DNA of 64,000 bases, taken from Limisphaerales bacterium (GTDB lineage Bacteria > Verrucomicrobiota > Verrucomicrobiia > Limisphaerales > UBA11358). The first letter of the stretch is position 1, and every line of letters begins with the position of its first letter. The stretch is from positions 355,948 through 419,947 of the forward strand of contig JBBCGE010000003.1 of NCBI GenBank assembly GCA_037200545.1, in the 5' to 3' direction. This document shows positions 22,437-31,874 of this stretch, piece by piece. Both the position numbers and the translations under genes were made by a program. Below the pieces are notes generated by a model. The model was given only the letters and a program-made list of their open reading frames with translations, did no database searches and was not told the DNA's origin.

Positions 22437-22556
22437 GGGGGGAGCGCAGCCGCCCCGGCTGCAGTTCGGTGCGCCCCGCGCCGAACTGTGCCTTTTGAAA
22501 CGTTCGTGTCAACGACGAGGGCGTCGCTGGCTGCACCCGGGGCGGGCGCGCTCCCC
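22437..22556. repeat. MITE/REP-like GC-rich palindromic element inserted between ccsB and ccsA, flanked by a 14-bp direct repeat
   Basis: Terminal inverted repeats GGGGAGCGCAGCCGCCCCGG (22439-22458) and CCGGGGCGGGCGCGCTCCCC (22537-22556) match at 18 of 20 positions. Nested hairpins CAGTTCGGTGCG/CGCGCCGAACTG and CGACG-AGGG-CGTCG. The flanking direct repeat ATCTTTTTCATTTT sits at 22405-22418 and 22567-22580. Confidence 0.6.
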
Positions 22557-22573
22557 GAAAAATAATATCTTTT

Positions 22574-23823
22574 TCATTTTGTCTTTCTTTTCGAGATGAA
22601 GCCAACCAGATGAAACATAAATTGAATCACAAGCCCGACACCAACCATCGCACAGCCAATGTAAGGAGTCAGCCAGCCGGGGTTCCGCACGACGGAAAGC
22701 ACCGAGGACGGCGTCTCACCCGCGCGTTCCACTAGGTCGCCCGCGCTCATCTGGTATTGATAAAACGTCAGTCCGGCATAGCGCAACGGATGGTTCATGG
22801 ATATTTCCACTTCACGGTTCTCGCCGGTCTTGGGATTTTTTCAATTGCGCGCGGCTGCGAAAATCCTTGGGAATATCCGTGCCCGGATAAACCGTGTGGG
22901 TCGCCTTGAGGAGCGTCAGCGAAAAGGGCTGATACTCGCGCGCCGGACGCAGGACGAAGGTGAACTGCTTGCCATCCACTTCGACGGATTGGGGTGTCAC
23001 CAGCCGGCTCGCGATGCTGCGTGCCATGTCCGGTCCGAGTTGCTGGGCGTAGTTGTCTTGCACCGAACCGGCCAGGGCCGTGTCGCCCGTCCAGTCTGAA
23101 ATCGCCCAAGTGCCGAGCGAACCTTTCGGCCCGGTCATTTCGATGAGCCCGCTGGGAATGTTTTTTTGCTCCATCGTCTTCACTTCCGGCGCCTGGCGAA
23201 AGTCGAAGTTTAAAGCAACGCCGTTGGTCGTGAGTGGCGCAATGTTCTGCATCATCGGTGCCCGAAAATTCACATCGGAATTTTTCCAGTAGTTCTGAAC
23301 ACGGATGACAAATGGAAGGCTGTCGATTTTCAGTTCATCACCTGGACGCAGCAACCTTGCCGGAATGGCGGTCACCTGGCTGCCGTTCATGAAGATCAAT
23401 TCATAGTCCATCGCGCTTTCGGAATAGGCTTTGGTTTCGCCCTCAAAAAAATGCATCTGCATCTCCCGGGCCAGCATGTCGGTGATGAGCTGGCCGACGA
23501 GGAGCAGGATGACACCGGCGTGCGCGAGCTGGATGCCAATCTTTTTCACCGGACAGTTGAAAACGATAGATGTGCGCCGCGACCAGATTCACCAGCAACA
23601 GCGTCCCGATGAGGTAGCCGCCGGGCAGGATGAAAGGAATCTGCCGGCCGAAGAGATGCAATCCCAGGACAAACCATTGCCGGAAGTAATGCGACTGCGC
23701 CGCGTAAAGCCCTTCATCCACCTGGGCCAGCGTGCCGACGAACACCAGGATGATGGCGAACGCCAGCAGGGTGACGGTCAGCTTGAGCGACGTGAAAACC
23801 GAGACGATTTTTTTAATGAGCAT
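22574..23823 (-). pseudogene. ccsB: cytochrome c biogenesis protein CcsB/ResB (System II), two frameshifts as sequenced
   Basis: Three same-strand ORFs (23443-23823, 22812-23549, 22574-22810) are co-linear with ResB. They join at ~23549-23552 (RFQLS|VKKIGIQLAHAG) and at the T6 run 22836-22841 (QLKNPKTGENREVEISMNHPLRYAGLTFYQ is restored if one base is removed). Confidence 0.8.
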
Positions 23824-24948
23824 CGGGGTATTTGGCCGATTGGATGAACTGGGTGAATGCCTCTTTTTGCTGCGCGACGACGGCTTCGTCGCCCATCAAT
23901 TTGTAGAACCAGGATTGGCCCCCGATGGGTAGCATGACCCCAACGAGGCGCGTCGGCTTGCCGGTCTTCGGATTTGTGCCGGTAAAATCCACCAGCGATG
24001 CCTGGCTGCCGGTCGCTTCGAATGTTGAAACCTGTTTGTCCAGTTCGCCCTGATCAAGGGGATTCAAACCCAGTTGCCCGCGCCAGCGGTTCACATTGGC
24101 CAACATGCCGCCCGCCGTCTCCGGCCAGCGAACTGATGTTGATGTCCGCCTTCGTGTCGCCTGCGCCGGCTACTGTAAATTTCGCGAGCAGAAACTGTGT
24201 CAACGGCGCGTCCTGCCAGCCTGCGGGAATTGTCCACGTCGGTTTGCTGCCCGTCTCGGCAGTTGGAGTTTGAACTGCGGGCGTCATTGCGCCAATCGCC
24301 GGATGCGACGGTGGCAACTGGCTCATATCCATCCCGGCGGGTTCCGCAGCCGGGCCGAACTGGACTGATTTTAACAGCGCGACAAACGCGGGTTTTTGCT
24401 TTTCAACCAGCTCAGCGTTGCCGGTCATTTTGAAGAACCACGCCGTGTCTTCGCGATGCAGAACACTGGCGATGATGCGATCCGAACCGGTGCCGGCGAT
24501 GTCGAACAGATCGGCATCCTGCCCGGCGATCACAACTTTCTCGATCATTTTTTGCACCGCCTCCTCATCAACGGGTGCGAGGCCGACCTGCCCGCGCCAG
24601 CGGTTCACGTTGGCCAGATTACCGCCTGCCAAGCCACCCATCGGAATCACGCTGATGTCAGCGCTTTTGCCATTTTCAGAAACACCAAAACTTGCCACGC
24701 GCATCTGCGAAGCGGGCTTCTCCTGCCAGCCGTCCGGCAAAGCATACTTCAACGGCGGCAGAACCGCTGTTATCCGGCGTCGGCAGCCCGGGAGGCATTG
24801 TCAATGGCATTGCGGCACTCGTGGACTGGGGAGCCGGCGCGGCGGCATCAGTGCCTTCGACATGATAGACTTTGACGCTGTCGCGTCCGCAGCCGGAGGA
24901 CAAAACAGCCAGGGCTGCGGCCATGCCGATTAAAGATATCTTCATCAT
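23813..24948 (-). pseudogene. lipoprotein with an internally duplicated domain (LANVNRWRGQxGL motif twice), two frameshifts as sequenced
   Basis: Lipobox LSSGC at the N-terminus (ORF 24676-24948). ORFs 24054-24752 and 23813-24106 continue it. Each half contains PxGWQ..P..QMR/..F.V...ADI(S/N)...L.G..G..LANVNRWRGQ. The stop overlaps the ccsB start by 11 nt. Confidence 0.55.
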
Positions 24949-25262
24949 TTGAACTTGATTTTAGGGCTGCCGCGTCCCGTGTCGCCTGTCATTTTTTGGC
25001 TTTGACGCGCCATTTCTTGTCATCGGGCAAATCATAACAAGCAGGCTTAAAAAAACACTCAGATATTTTCAAGCGTTTGCCTTTGCCCTTGCATGGCCGA
25101 ATTGTTTTGCGAAGATTAATGCACGGATGAGATCGCAACCAATATTATGCGCCAATATGCGTCAAAAATTTTCAGTCACTGATGTGACCGATTGTCCTCC
25201 TGTTGGAATTAGGGAACACTGGCTGTGGCTAATATAGATGTTAGCCCTCATTCACGCCTTTA

Positions 25263-25724
25263 TGATTCACTGGAATACATGCCGACGAGAGTTCGAGCCA
25301 GATGGGGGTTTGCGCGACATCTACGTTCTCGACACCAGCATCGAGCATTGGCGCAGACTGTTTTGCTGTATTACGTAGCTCTCAGACTTTGGAGTATTCG
25401 GTTGATGGCGAGTCACGCCAAGTTCCTGCTACGGTTGATGAGGTTTTTACCACTCGCATTACGGCTAGTCCTTCACTGCATTTCCGCATTTCTGGGATTA
25501 TTGTCGCGTGTCACTTTTTTGCACCGAGCAGATTGAGATGGATGTTCACCCCGCGCCAAGTCAATTCTGCGGCAGCTTTCGACGGATTGCTTAGCTTGCT
25601 GCGGTTTATTGGCGACACTGTCAGCAAGCGGGTAATTGTGACTTACGAGAGCGACCAGCAACATCCTTTCATCACCTGTGATTCAGAGAGCAGAAAGTTT
25701 GAGTATTACCAAGTTGTGGCCTAA
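25263..25724 (+). pseudogene. hypothetical protein, apparently frameshifted
   Basis: Pieces in different frames read co-linearly: MIHWNTCRREFEPDGGLRDIYVLDTSIEHWRRLF... then ...SSQTLEYSVDGESRQVPATVDEVFTTRITASPSLHFRISGIIVACHFFAP...VIVTYESDQQHPFITCDSE. No family recognised. Confidence 0.3.
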
Positions 25725-25783
25725 CATAGAGCTAGGTCATACAGTTCCCGCCAACCGCACCTTGCTGACATCGCACTTCTGAA

Positions 25784-27258
25784 TTATGGCCCGCCATTGT
25801 GGCATTCGTTGCAGGTGGGATTCGCGTCGAGTTCTCCGCCGGGATGGATGAATTTCTGGCGGCCGTCGCGAGCGTTTCCAATTCTGATCCGGCACCTTGC
25901 GCGAGGATGGTGTGGCAGGTGTTGCAATCATTGGCCTTGATGGTCACCTTGCGATCTTCCGTCTTGTGCTGGTCATCGTGACAACGGAAGCAGCCGGGCC
26001 AGATCATGTGGCCGACATTGTCGGGATACGAACTCCAGTTGGCCTTCATCTCGGGGAAGAAATTTTCCGCATAGATCTCCTGGATGGCCGCGGTGGATTC
26101 TTTGATATGCGCTTCATTCGGATACTTGGCAAGGAGCTTGGCGGCGATGGCGTCTTTCGCCTCCTCTTCGGTCGGGTAAGGCAACGTCAGGACATACATG
26201 GCATTGGTCTTGATCCACGGGATGGCCGGGTCAATTTTTCCGAGCGCCATCGCCTGGTTCACCGCCTTTTCCGGCGAGAGATAACGATGGGACGGACGGT
26301 TGTGGCAATCCATGCAATCCATTTTGCGGATCTCCATTTTGCTGACGTCATTCGTAAAATTCTTGGTCTTAAAAACCGTGACCTTGCCTTGCGCATCGGT
26401 CACGCGCACCCAGGGAATTTTCTGGCGGGCATTGTCGGTGGCGATGTATTCAACATTGTTGCCGGGCAAGTTGTGCCAGTGGATGCCGCCGACTGGCCCG
26501 TGCGCCGGATCGCTCCCGCCGATCTTGAGGAGCAAGCGGATGGAGTAGGGCGAGTTCGACGCATCGCTTTGAAAATATTGAAGGTGCGGTCGAGGTTCCC
26601 GACAAACTGCTGCGGCCAGTGGCATTCCTCGCAGGTGTCACGTGAGGGACGTAAATTTTTAATGGGTGTGGCGATGGTGTGGGATATTTCTTGAAGGCAA
26701 CCGAATAAAGCTGATACGAGCCGGAGATTTTCGACTTCACAAACCAGGAAACACCCTTGCCGACATGACATTCCACGCAGGCCACGCGCGCATGAGGTCC
26801 GTGATCATGAGTGACTTTCTCCGGTTTCATCACCGTGTGGCAGACTTCGCCACAAAAGACCGGCGACTCGGTGAAATTAAAGGCGTGGATAGGAGCCGGC
26901 GGCGGTCAGCAGCATGAAAACGATGCCTGCCGGCAATAAATACCACCAGCGTCCGCCGCTCGCGTGGGTTGTTCAGATCAATCTGCAAAGAAGTTGCCCC
27001 GCCACCTTTCGAACGGCGCCGGCGTTCCCGCCACGCGCCAAAAACAGTTAATAGAATTCCGCCGATCAAAAATGCCGGCACGCCCATGTAAGTGAGGATG
27101 CTGACGTAGGGATTGGAAAATTTTGCGAGGGCATCCAGAATGAAGAGCAGTAAAAAGGAAAAGAGCGCGCCACGCGCCACAACCATGCCGATGAAACTGA
27201 TCCAGTTTCTAAAAGCGGAAGTGTGGTTGCCGGTCAACGGCTTGTTTTCTGGATTCAT
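25784..27258 (-). pseudogene. membrane-anchored multihaem c-type cytochrome (7 CXXCH), about 4 frameshifts as sequenced
   Basis: N-terminal TM helices (ORF 26830-27258). Haem motifs are recovered across frames: CGEVCH, CVECH, CEECH, CMDCH, CFRCH, CNTCH, CNECH. One verified shift lies at the GG of 26887-26888. Reconstructed stop at 25784-25786. Confidence 0.75.
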
Positions 27259-27456
27259 TGGCAGATCGGAGGTAAAGGAGATTGCTGGCCGGCAGTAAAC
27301 GCCCGGCTCACTTATTCATGTTCTCAACCGGAACCAGCCCGGCCAGCAACCGAGTTTTTGGCAGCGACCTAATTTTGGAGCGCGGCATTTATGCCGCTTC
27401 AACCTTCAAAGTAATGGCGGCGTTGAAGCGGGCTAAAGCCCGCGCTCTTTCGCAAA

Positions 27457-27804
27457 TTAGTTTGCTGCCGAGTTTTTTATTTTTTTCAAAGTGCGGACAT
27501 AGGCCACCAGCGCCTTGATGTCATCGTCGGACAACTGTTCAAACGGTTTCATCAGGGTTTTTTCACCGGACTTGAGACCTTCCTTGATGGATTTAAAGGC
27601 GGCGTCATCCGTCAAGTCCGCCTGCACCTTGGCGTCGCTGAAATCTTTGCAGCCAATTTTTGCGCCAATCTTGGTGTCGCCCTTGCCCTCCGCGCCGTGG
27701 CACTTGGCGCAAAGCGTGGTCCAGTTTTCCTTGGCGTCGGCGCCCTTTACGGTGAATGCGGCGGCAAGGCCAAACATCGCCGCCAGCAGGATTATTTTTT
27801 TCAT
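27457..27804 (-). CDS. monohaem class I c-type cytochrome, secreted
   Basis: Signal peptide MKKIILLAAMFGLAAAFTVKGADA, a single CAKCH motif, and a distal Met (LMKPF). Confidence 0.8.
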   Translation of the reverse strand: MKKIILLAAMFGLAAAFTVKGADAKENWTTLCAKCHGAEGKGDTKIGAKIGCKDFSDAKVQADLTDDAAFKSIKEGLKSGEKTLMKPFEQLSDDDIKALVAYVRTLKKIKNSAAN

Positions 27805-28134
27805 CTTCGATATCTCCGGTTGATTTGGTTATGGCGCAGTCGCGCCTGTTTCACCTTCAAGTTTGCCAGTCACCGGAAAGACGACCAACCATCGGTTGCT
27901 TAATGCTGGGCATTTTTTGATGAGTGCAGATCGGTATTCCGGCGGGCGCTTCATCTTTCAAGTTTTGAGAATCATGGAATCAGCCGGAAATCCGGGCGGC
28001 AATTATTGTTTGACCTTACGCAAGGGATGGTGAGCACGCCGGCCGTTGAAAATCTAATCTCAAGACATGAAAACCAGCAACTGGTTGAGAGTTGTCAGCA
28101 TGGTGGCCAATGCAGGTGGCATCAATAAACAATC

Positions 28135-29211
28135 ATGAAAATCTTCGTCGCCGGCCTCAGCTACAAAACAACACCTGTCGAAGTGCGTGAAAAACTCGCC
28201 GTGCATCGCTCCCGGCTGCAATGCAGCGGCTGCCGGCTGAAACTGCGCAGCAATCTTTCCGAACTGGTGCTGCTTTCAACATGCAATCGCGTCGAGATTT
28301 ACGGCGTGTCGCCATGGATTCACGGAACAGTCCAGCAATTGTTCAAGGAATTGACGAATACGGATATTGATTTCACACACTATCTTTATGTCAAAGAAGG
28401 GGCGGCGGCGGCGCAGCATTTATTTTCCGTGGCGGGCGGGCTGGACTCGATGGTGATCGGCGAAACGGAAATCACCGGCCAGGTTAAAAGCGCTTATGAG
28501 ACCGCCAGGGCGGCGGGATTGACCGGCAAAAAAATGAACCGGCTTTTTCAGACGGCCTGCAAGGTGGTGAAAAAAATCCGCACTGAAACGGGCATCGGGC
28601 GCGGCGCCACCTCGGTCGGCAGCGTGGCGGTGGAACTGGCGGAAAAGATTTTCGACCGCGACCTGTCGCAGAAGACCGTGATGATTCTGGGCGCGGGCAA
28701 GATGGGCGAGGCCTGTGTGAAACATCTCACCAAGCGGGGCGCAAAGACAGTGCTGGTTTCCAACCGTTCGTTCGAACGCGCCGAAAAACTTGCGACAGAA
28801 TTCGGCGGACGCGCGGTGCGGTTTGAGAATTCCGCTGCGGCCATGATCGAAGCGGATATTTTGGTCAGTTCCACCGGGAGCCAGGGCATGGTTTTGAGCC
28901 GGGAGGATGTGGCGAAGATTCTGCCCGCGCGTCGGAACCGGCCGCTGGTGCTGGTGGACATCGCGGTGCCCCGGGACATTGATCCTTCGGTGGCGGAACT
29001 CCCCAACGTTTTTCTCTACGACATTGACGACCTGGAATCCGTCGTCCGCGAGAATACCCGAAACCGCACGTTGGAACTCGCCTTTTGCCATCGGATCATC
29101 GCGGAATACTCTGCGGAATTAATGGCCAGATTGAATCCGCCTTTGACGCATCCCGACCGTGAAACCGTGGAAGTTGTGTCGGGTTGGATGCTCGCTGGAG
29201 CAACCGCGTGA
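28135..29211 (+). CDS. hemA: glutamyl-tRNA reductase
   Basis: MKIFVAGLSYKTTPVEVREKLAV, the active-site motif LSTCNRVEIYG, GETEI(T)GQVK, and the NADPH-binding ILGAGKMGE. At 358 aa it is somewhat short at the C-terminus. Confidence 0.9.
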   Translation: MKIFVAGLSYKTTPVEVREKLAVHRSRLQCSGCRLKLRSNLSELVLLSTCNRVEIYGVSPWIHGTVQQLFKELTNTDIDFTHYLYVKEGAAAAQHLFSVAGGLDSMVIGETEITGQVKSAYETARAAGLTGKKMNRLFQTACKVVKKIRTETGIGRGATSVGSVAVELAEKIFDRDLSQKTVMILGAGKMGEACVKHLTKRGAKTVLVSNRSFERAEKLATEFGGRAVRFENSAAAMIEADILVSSTGSQGMVLSREDVAKILPARRNRPLVLVDIAVPRDIDPSVAELPNVFLYDIDDLESVVRENTRNRTLELAFCHRIIAEYSAELMARLNPPLTHPDRETVEVVSGWMLAGATA

Positions 29212-31652
29212 TGAAGAATCTAAGACCGAAAATCAGCAACGATATAACAAATATGAAAGAACTAAATCCATGTTGGAAAACCACCGCCTGTCTCGTGGTG
29301 GCTGGTTTGACTCTGCTCGGCGGCATGTCCGCCGTCCAGGCCCAGGCCTTGAACGGTTTCCTGACGGTTCGGCCGTTGACGCCAACGGAGATAAAAACTT
29401 ACTCTTTGACCGGAGTTCAAGGAGCAAGCGGCCTGAACACGGTCGGCGTCGGCCAGCCGGCTTATCTGGAGGCATTGGTCGGTGCGTCCGTCGCTCCTGC
29501 CAACATCGTCAGCGTTACTTGGACAATCACCAGCAAGCCCATCGGGTCGGCGGCGGTGCTGCTTCCCACTCCGCTGGGAACGAACATTCTAACTTACAAA
29601 ACGGCCGACCGTATCTCCCAGACCGGCACCGCTTACGCCCGGGTGGCCTGGCCGGGCGGAGTGAACACGGGCAATGCCACGAACAATGGCCGGACGTTCC
29701 TGCGGCCGGATGTCACCGGACAATACATCGTCACGGCCACCATCGTCACCGTTGGCAGCGGCACGACCAATTTGACGCAGAGAATCACCGCCGGCACTTA
29801 TGTGGGCGTCGCCACCTGCGCGCTTTGCCATAGCGGCAGCATTGGTGCCGAGGATATTTATCATCCGTGGTCGCAGACAGCGCACGCCACGCTCTTCACG
29901 CTGGGAATTGATGGATTAGGAAATCCCCACTACAGCAAGAACTTCCTCCCCTATACCACAGTTGGTTACGATACCAACCTCAGTTCATTCAACGGTGGAT
30001 TCGACGACTTGGCCACTGACGCAGGCTGGGTTTTTCCGGCGGTTCTGACCAATGGCAACTGGGCGAGCATGTTGACGAATTATTCGCAGTTGGCCGGCTT
30101 GGCGAACGTCCAGTGCGAAAGCTGCCACGGTCCCGGCAGCGAACACGCTTATTCCCTCGGCAATACCAACGTTGCCAACTGGCCGCGGCTTGCCGTCACG
30201 TATGTCGCGGCCGATTGCGCCCAATGCCATGACAATTCACCCAATAATACCAAGAGCACCGAATGGAACGTTTCCCTCCATTCCCACCCGACCCGCACAC
30301 CTTCCGGCGGAGCCAATCGTGCGCAATGCGTCCGCTGTCACACGGCGGCCGGCTTTAGCAGTTGGGCGGAAGCCGGCGGCATGGCGGCGGTGAATGCCAA
30401 TCCTTATGCCATCATTCCTGCCAACCCCATCACCACTTACGAGGCGATCACCTGCCAGACCTGCCATGATCCGCATGACGCTACCAAACCGCACCAGTTG
30501 CGCCTGGGCAATACCATTACGCTCTCTGACGGCACGGCGGTCACGAATGCCGGCAGCGGCGCGTTCTGCATGCAATGCCACAATAGTCGCGGCGGTTCCG
30601 TCACCAATCTGATGGTAAAATATCCTTTGAACCAGCCCAACTGGGCCGGTGGTGTCGGCTTTGGCCCGCATGACAGTCCGCAGGCGGACATGCTCGAAGG
30701 CGTGAACGCCGTGACCTACGGCAAGGTGATTCCCAGCGCGGCCCACGCCAACGTCGTTTCCAACACGTGCGTCGGCTGTCACATGCAGACGGTAGCTTCC
30801 ACCAGTCCGGCCTTCCTCAAGGCGGGCGGCCATACGTTCAACATGGAATATAATATCACCAACAACGGCGTGGTCACCGCCGTTCCGCTCACGGCGGTCT
30901 GTGCCCAGTGCCACGGTAACAAGGCCAACGCCACCTTCGACTTCCCCGTGCAGGATTACAACGGCGACGGCATGATCGAAGGCGTCCAGACCGAGGTCCA
31001 TCATCTGCTCGACAAATTGTCCACCTTCCTGCCGCCTGCCAGTTACAAGGCGAATGCGAACAACTATGTCGCGGACGGCCTCATCAAGACCTCCATCACC
31101 ACTTATACCAACATGCCGGCGAAGTTCCTGAATGCCGCCTACAACTGGCAGTTTGTCGAAACGGACGGGAGCTTTGGCATTCACAATGCACCTTACGCGG
31201 TCGGCCTGCTCAAATCATCCATCGCTGATTTGACCGGCGACGCCAACAACGACGGCATAGCCGATGCGTGGCAGAACAGTTACTTCGGTTCCTACACGAA
31301 CGTGCTGGCCGCGCCCAACGCCAGCCCGGCGGGCGATGGCATCCCGAACTGGCTCAAATATTCCCTCGGACTCAACCCCATGGTGGCCGGAATCGTCCTG
31401 CCCAATGGCGTGGTCTGGGTGAACACCAGCAGCATCGGTGGCGAGACGAACACCGTTCACATCTACACGGCGGCAGAAATCGCGTTCGATACGCAGGTCG
31501 GCACCAGCTACCAGATCCAGTCCATCTCCAACCTGGGCGGTGGTTGGTCGAACGTGGGCCCTGCCATCGCCGGCACCGGAACGACCATCAGTTACCTGAC
31601 CCCGACCCGCAGCGGTGCACAGCAGTTCTTCCGCGTGGTTCACACTCCGTAA
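29211..31652 (+). CDS. secreted octahaem c-type cytochrome with a C-terminal non-haem domain
   Basis: The ATG at 29211 overlaps the hemA stop (TGATG). It has a signal peptide and 8 CXXCH motifs (CALCH, CESCH, CAQCH, CVRCH, CQTCH, CMQCH, CVGCH, CAQCH). A Ca-binding-like DANNDGIADAWQ follows, then a beta-rich tail. The gene is intact. Confidence 0.8.
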   Translation: MKNLRPKISNDITNMKELNPCWKTTACLVVAGLTLLGGMSAVQAQALNGFLTVRPLTPTEIKTYSLTGVQGASGLNTVGVGQPAYLEALVGASVAPANIVSVTWTITSKPIGSAAVLLPTPLGTNILTYKTADRISQTGTAYARVAWPGGVNTGNATNNGRTFLRPDVTGQYIVTATIVTVGSGTTNLTQRITAGTYVGVATCALCHSGSIGAEDIYHPWSQTAHATLFTLGIDGLGNPHYSKNFLPYTTVGYDTNLSSFNGGFDDLATDAGWVFPAVLTNGNWASMLTNYSQLAGLANVQCESCHGPGSEHAYSLGNTNVANWPRLAVTYVAADCAQCHDNSPNNTKSTEWNVSLHSHPTRTPSGGANRAQCVRCHTAAGFSSWAEAGGMAAVNANPYAIIPANPITTYEAITCQTCHDPHDATKPHQLRLGNTITLSDGTAVTNAGSGAFCMQCHNSRGGSVTNLMVKYPLNQPNWAGGVGFGPHDSPQADMLEGVNAVTYGKVIPSAAHANVVSNTCVGCHMQTVASTSPAFLKAGGHTFNMEYNITNNGVVTAVPLTAVCAQCHGNKANATFDFPVQDYNGDGMIEGVQTEVHHLLDKLSTFLPPASYKANANNYVADGLIKTSITTYTNMPAKFLNAAYNWQFVETDGSFGIHNAPYAVGLLKSSIADLTGDANNDGIADAWQNSYFGSYTNVLAAPNASPAGDGIPNWLKYSLGLNPMVAGIVLPNGVVWVNTSSIGGETNTVHIYTAAEIAFDTQVGTSYQIQSISNLGGGWSNVGPAIAGTGTTISYLTPTRSGAQQFFRVVHTP

Positions 31653-31676
31653 TCACGGGCGGATTGGAATCACCGG

Positions 31677-31712
31677 CCCCTTCCCGTGCGAGCGGGGGAG
31701 GGGTTTTTGGTT
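31677..31712 (+). terminator. putative Rho-independent terminator after the octahaem cytochrome gene
   Basis: GC-rich imperfect hairpin CCCCTTCCCG-TGCGAG-CGGGGGAGGGG followed by TTTTTGGTTTTGGG. Confidence 0.5.
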
Positions 31713-31874
31713 TTGGGTCAATGAACAAATTCCCCCTTGATCGAGGAGCGATTTCACGAGCCTGCCAAGGCTGGCGATTCTTCTCCCGAACCGGGAGCGG
31801 AGACCGGCATTCCGGTTCATGGGCTGGGGCAGAGCGGGGTGGCGAAGATTTCCTTTGCTGGTCTCTGCGCCATG

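Noticed and set aside
22417-22605. 62-aa ORF in the ccsB-ccsA spacer
   Set aside because: It lies entirely within the GC-rich palindromic element and the duplicated start region. It is better explained as a non-coding MITE/REP-like insertion.
30237-31184. 315-aa minus-strand ORF
   Set aside because: It is antisense to the octahaem cytochrome gene, whose 8 CXXCH motifs make the plus-strand frame certain.
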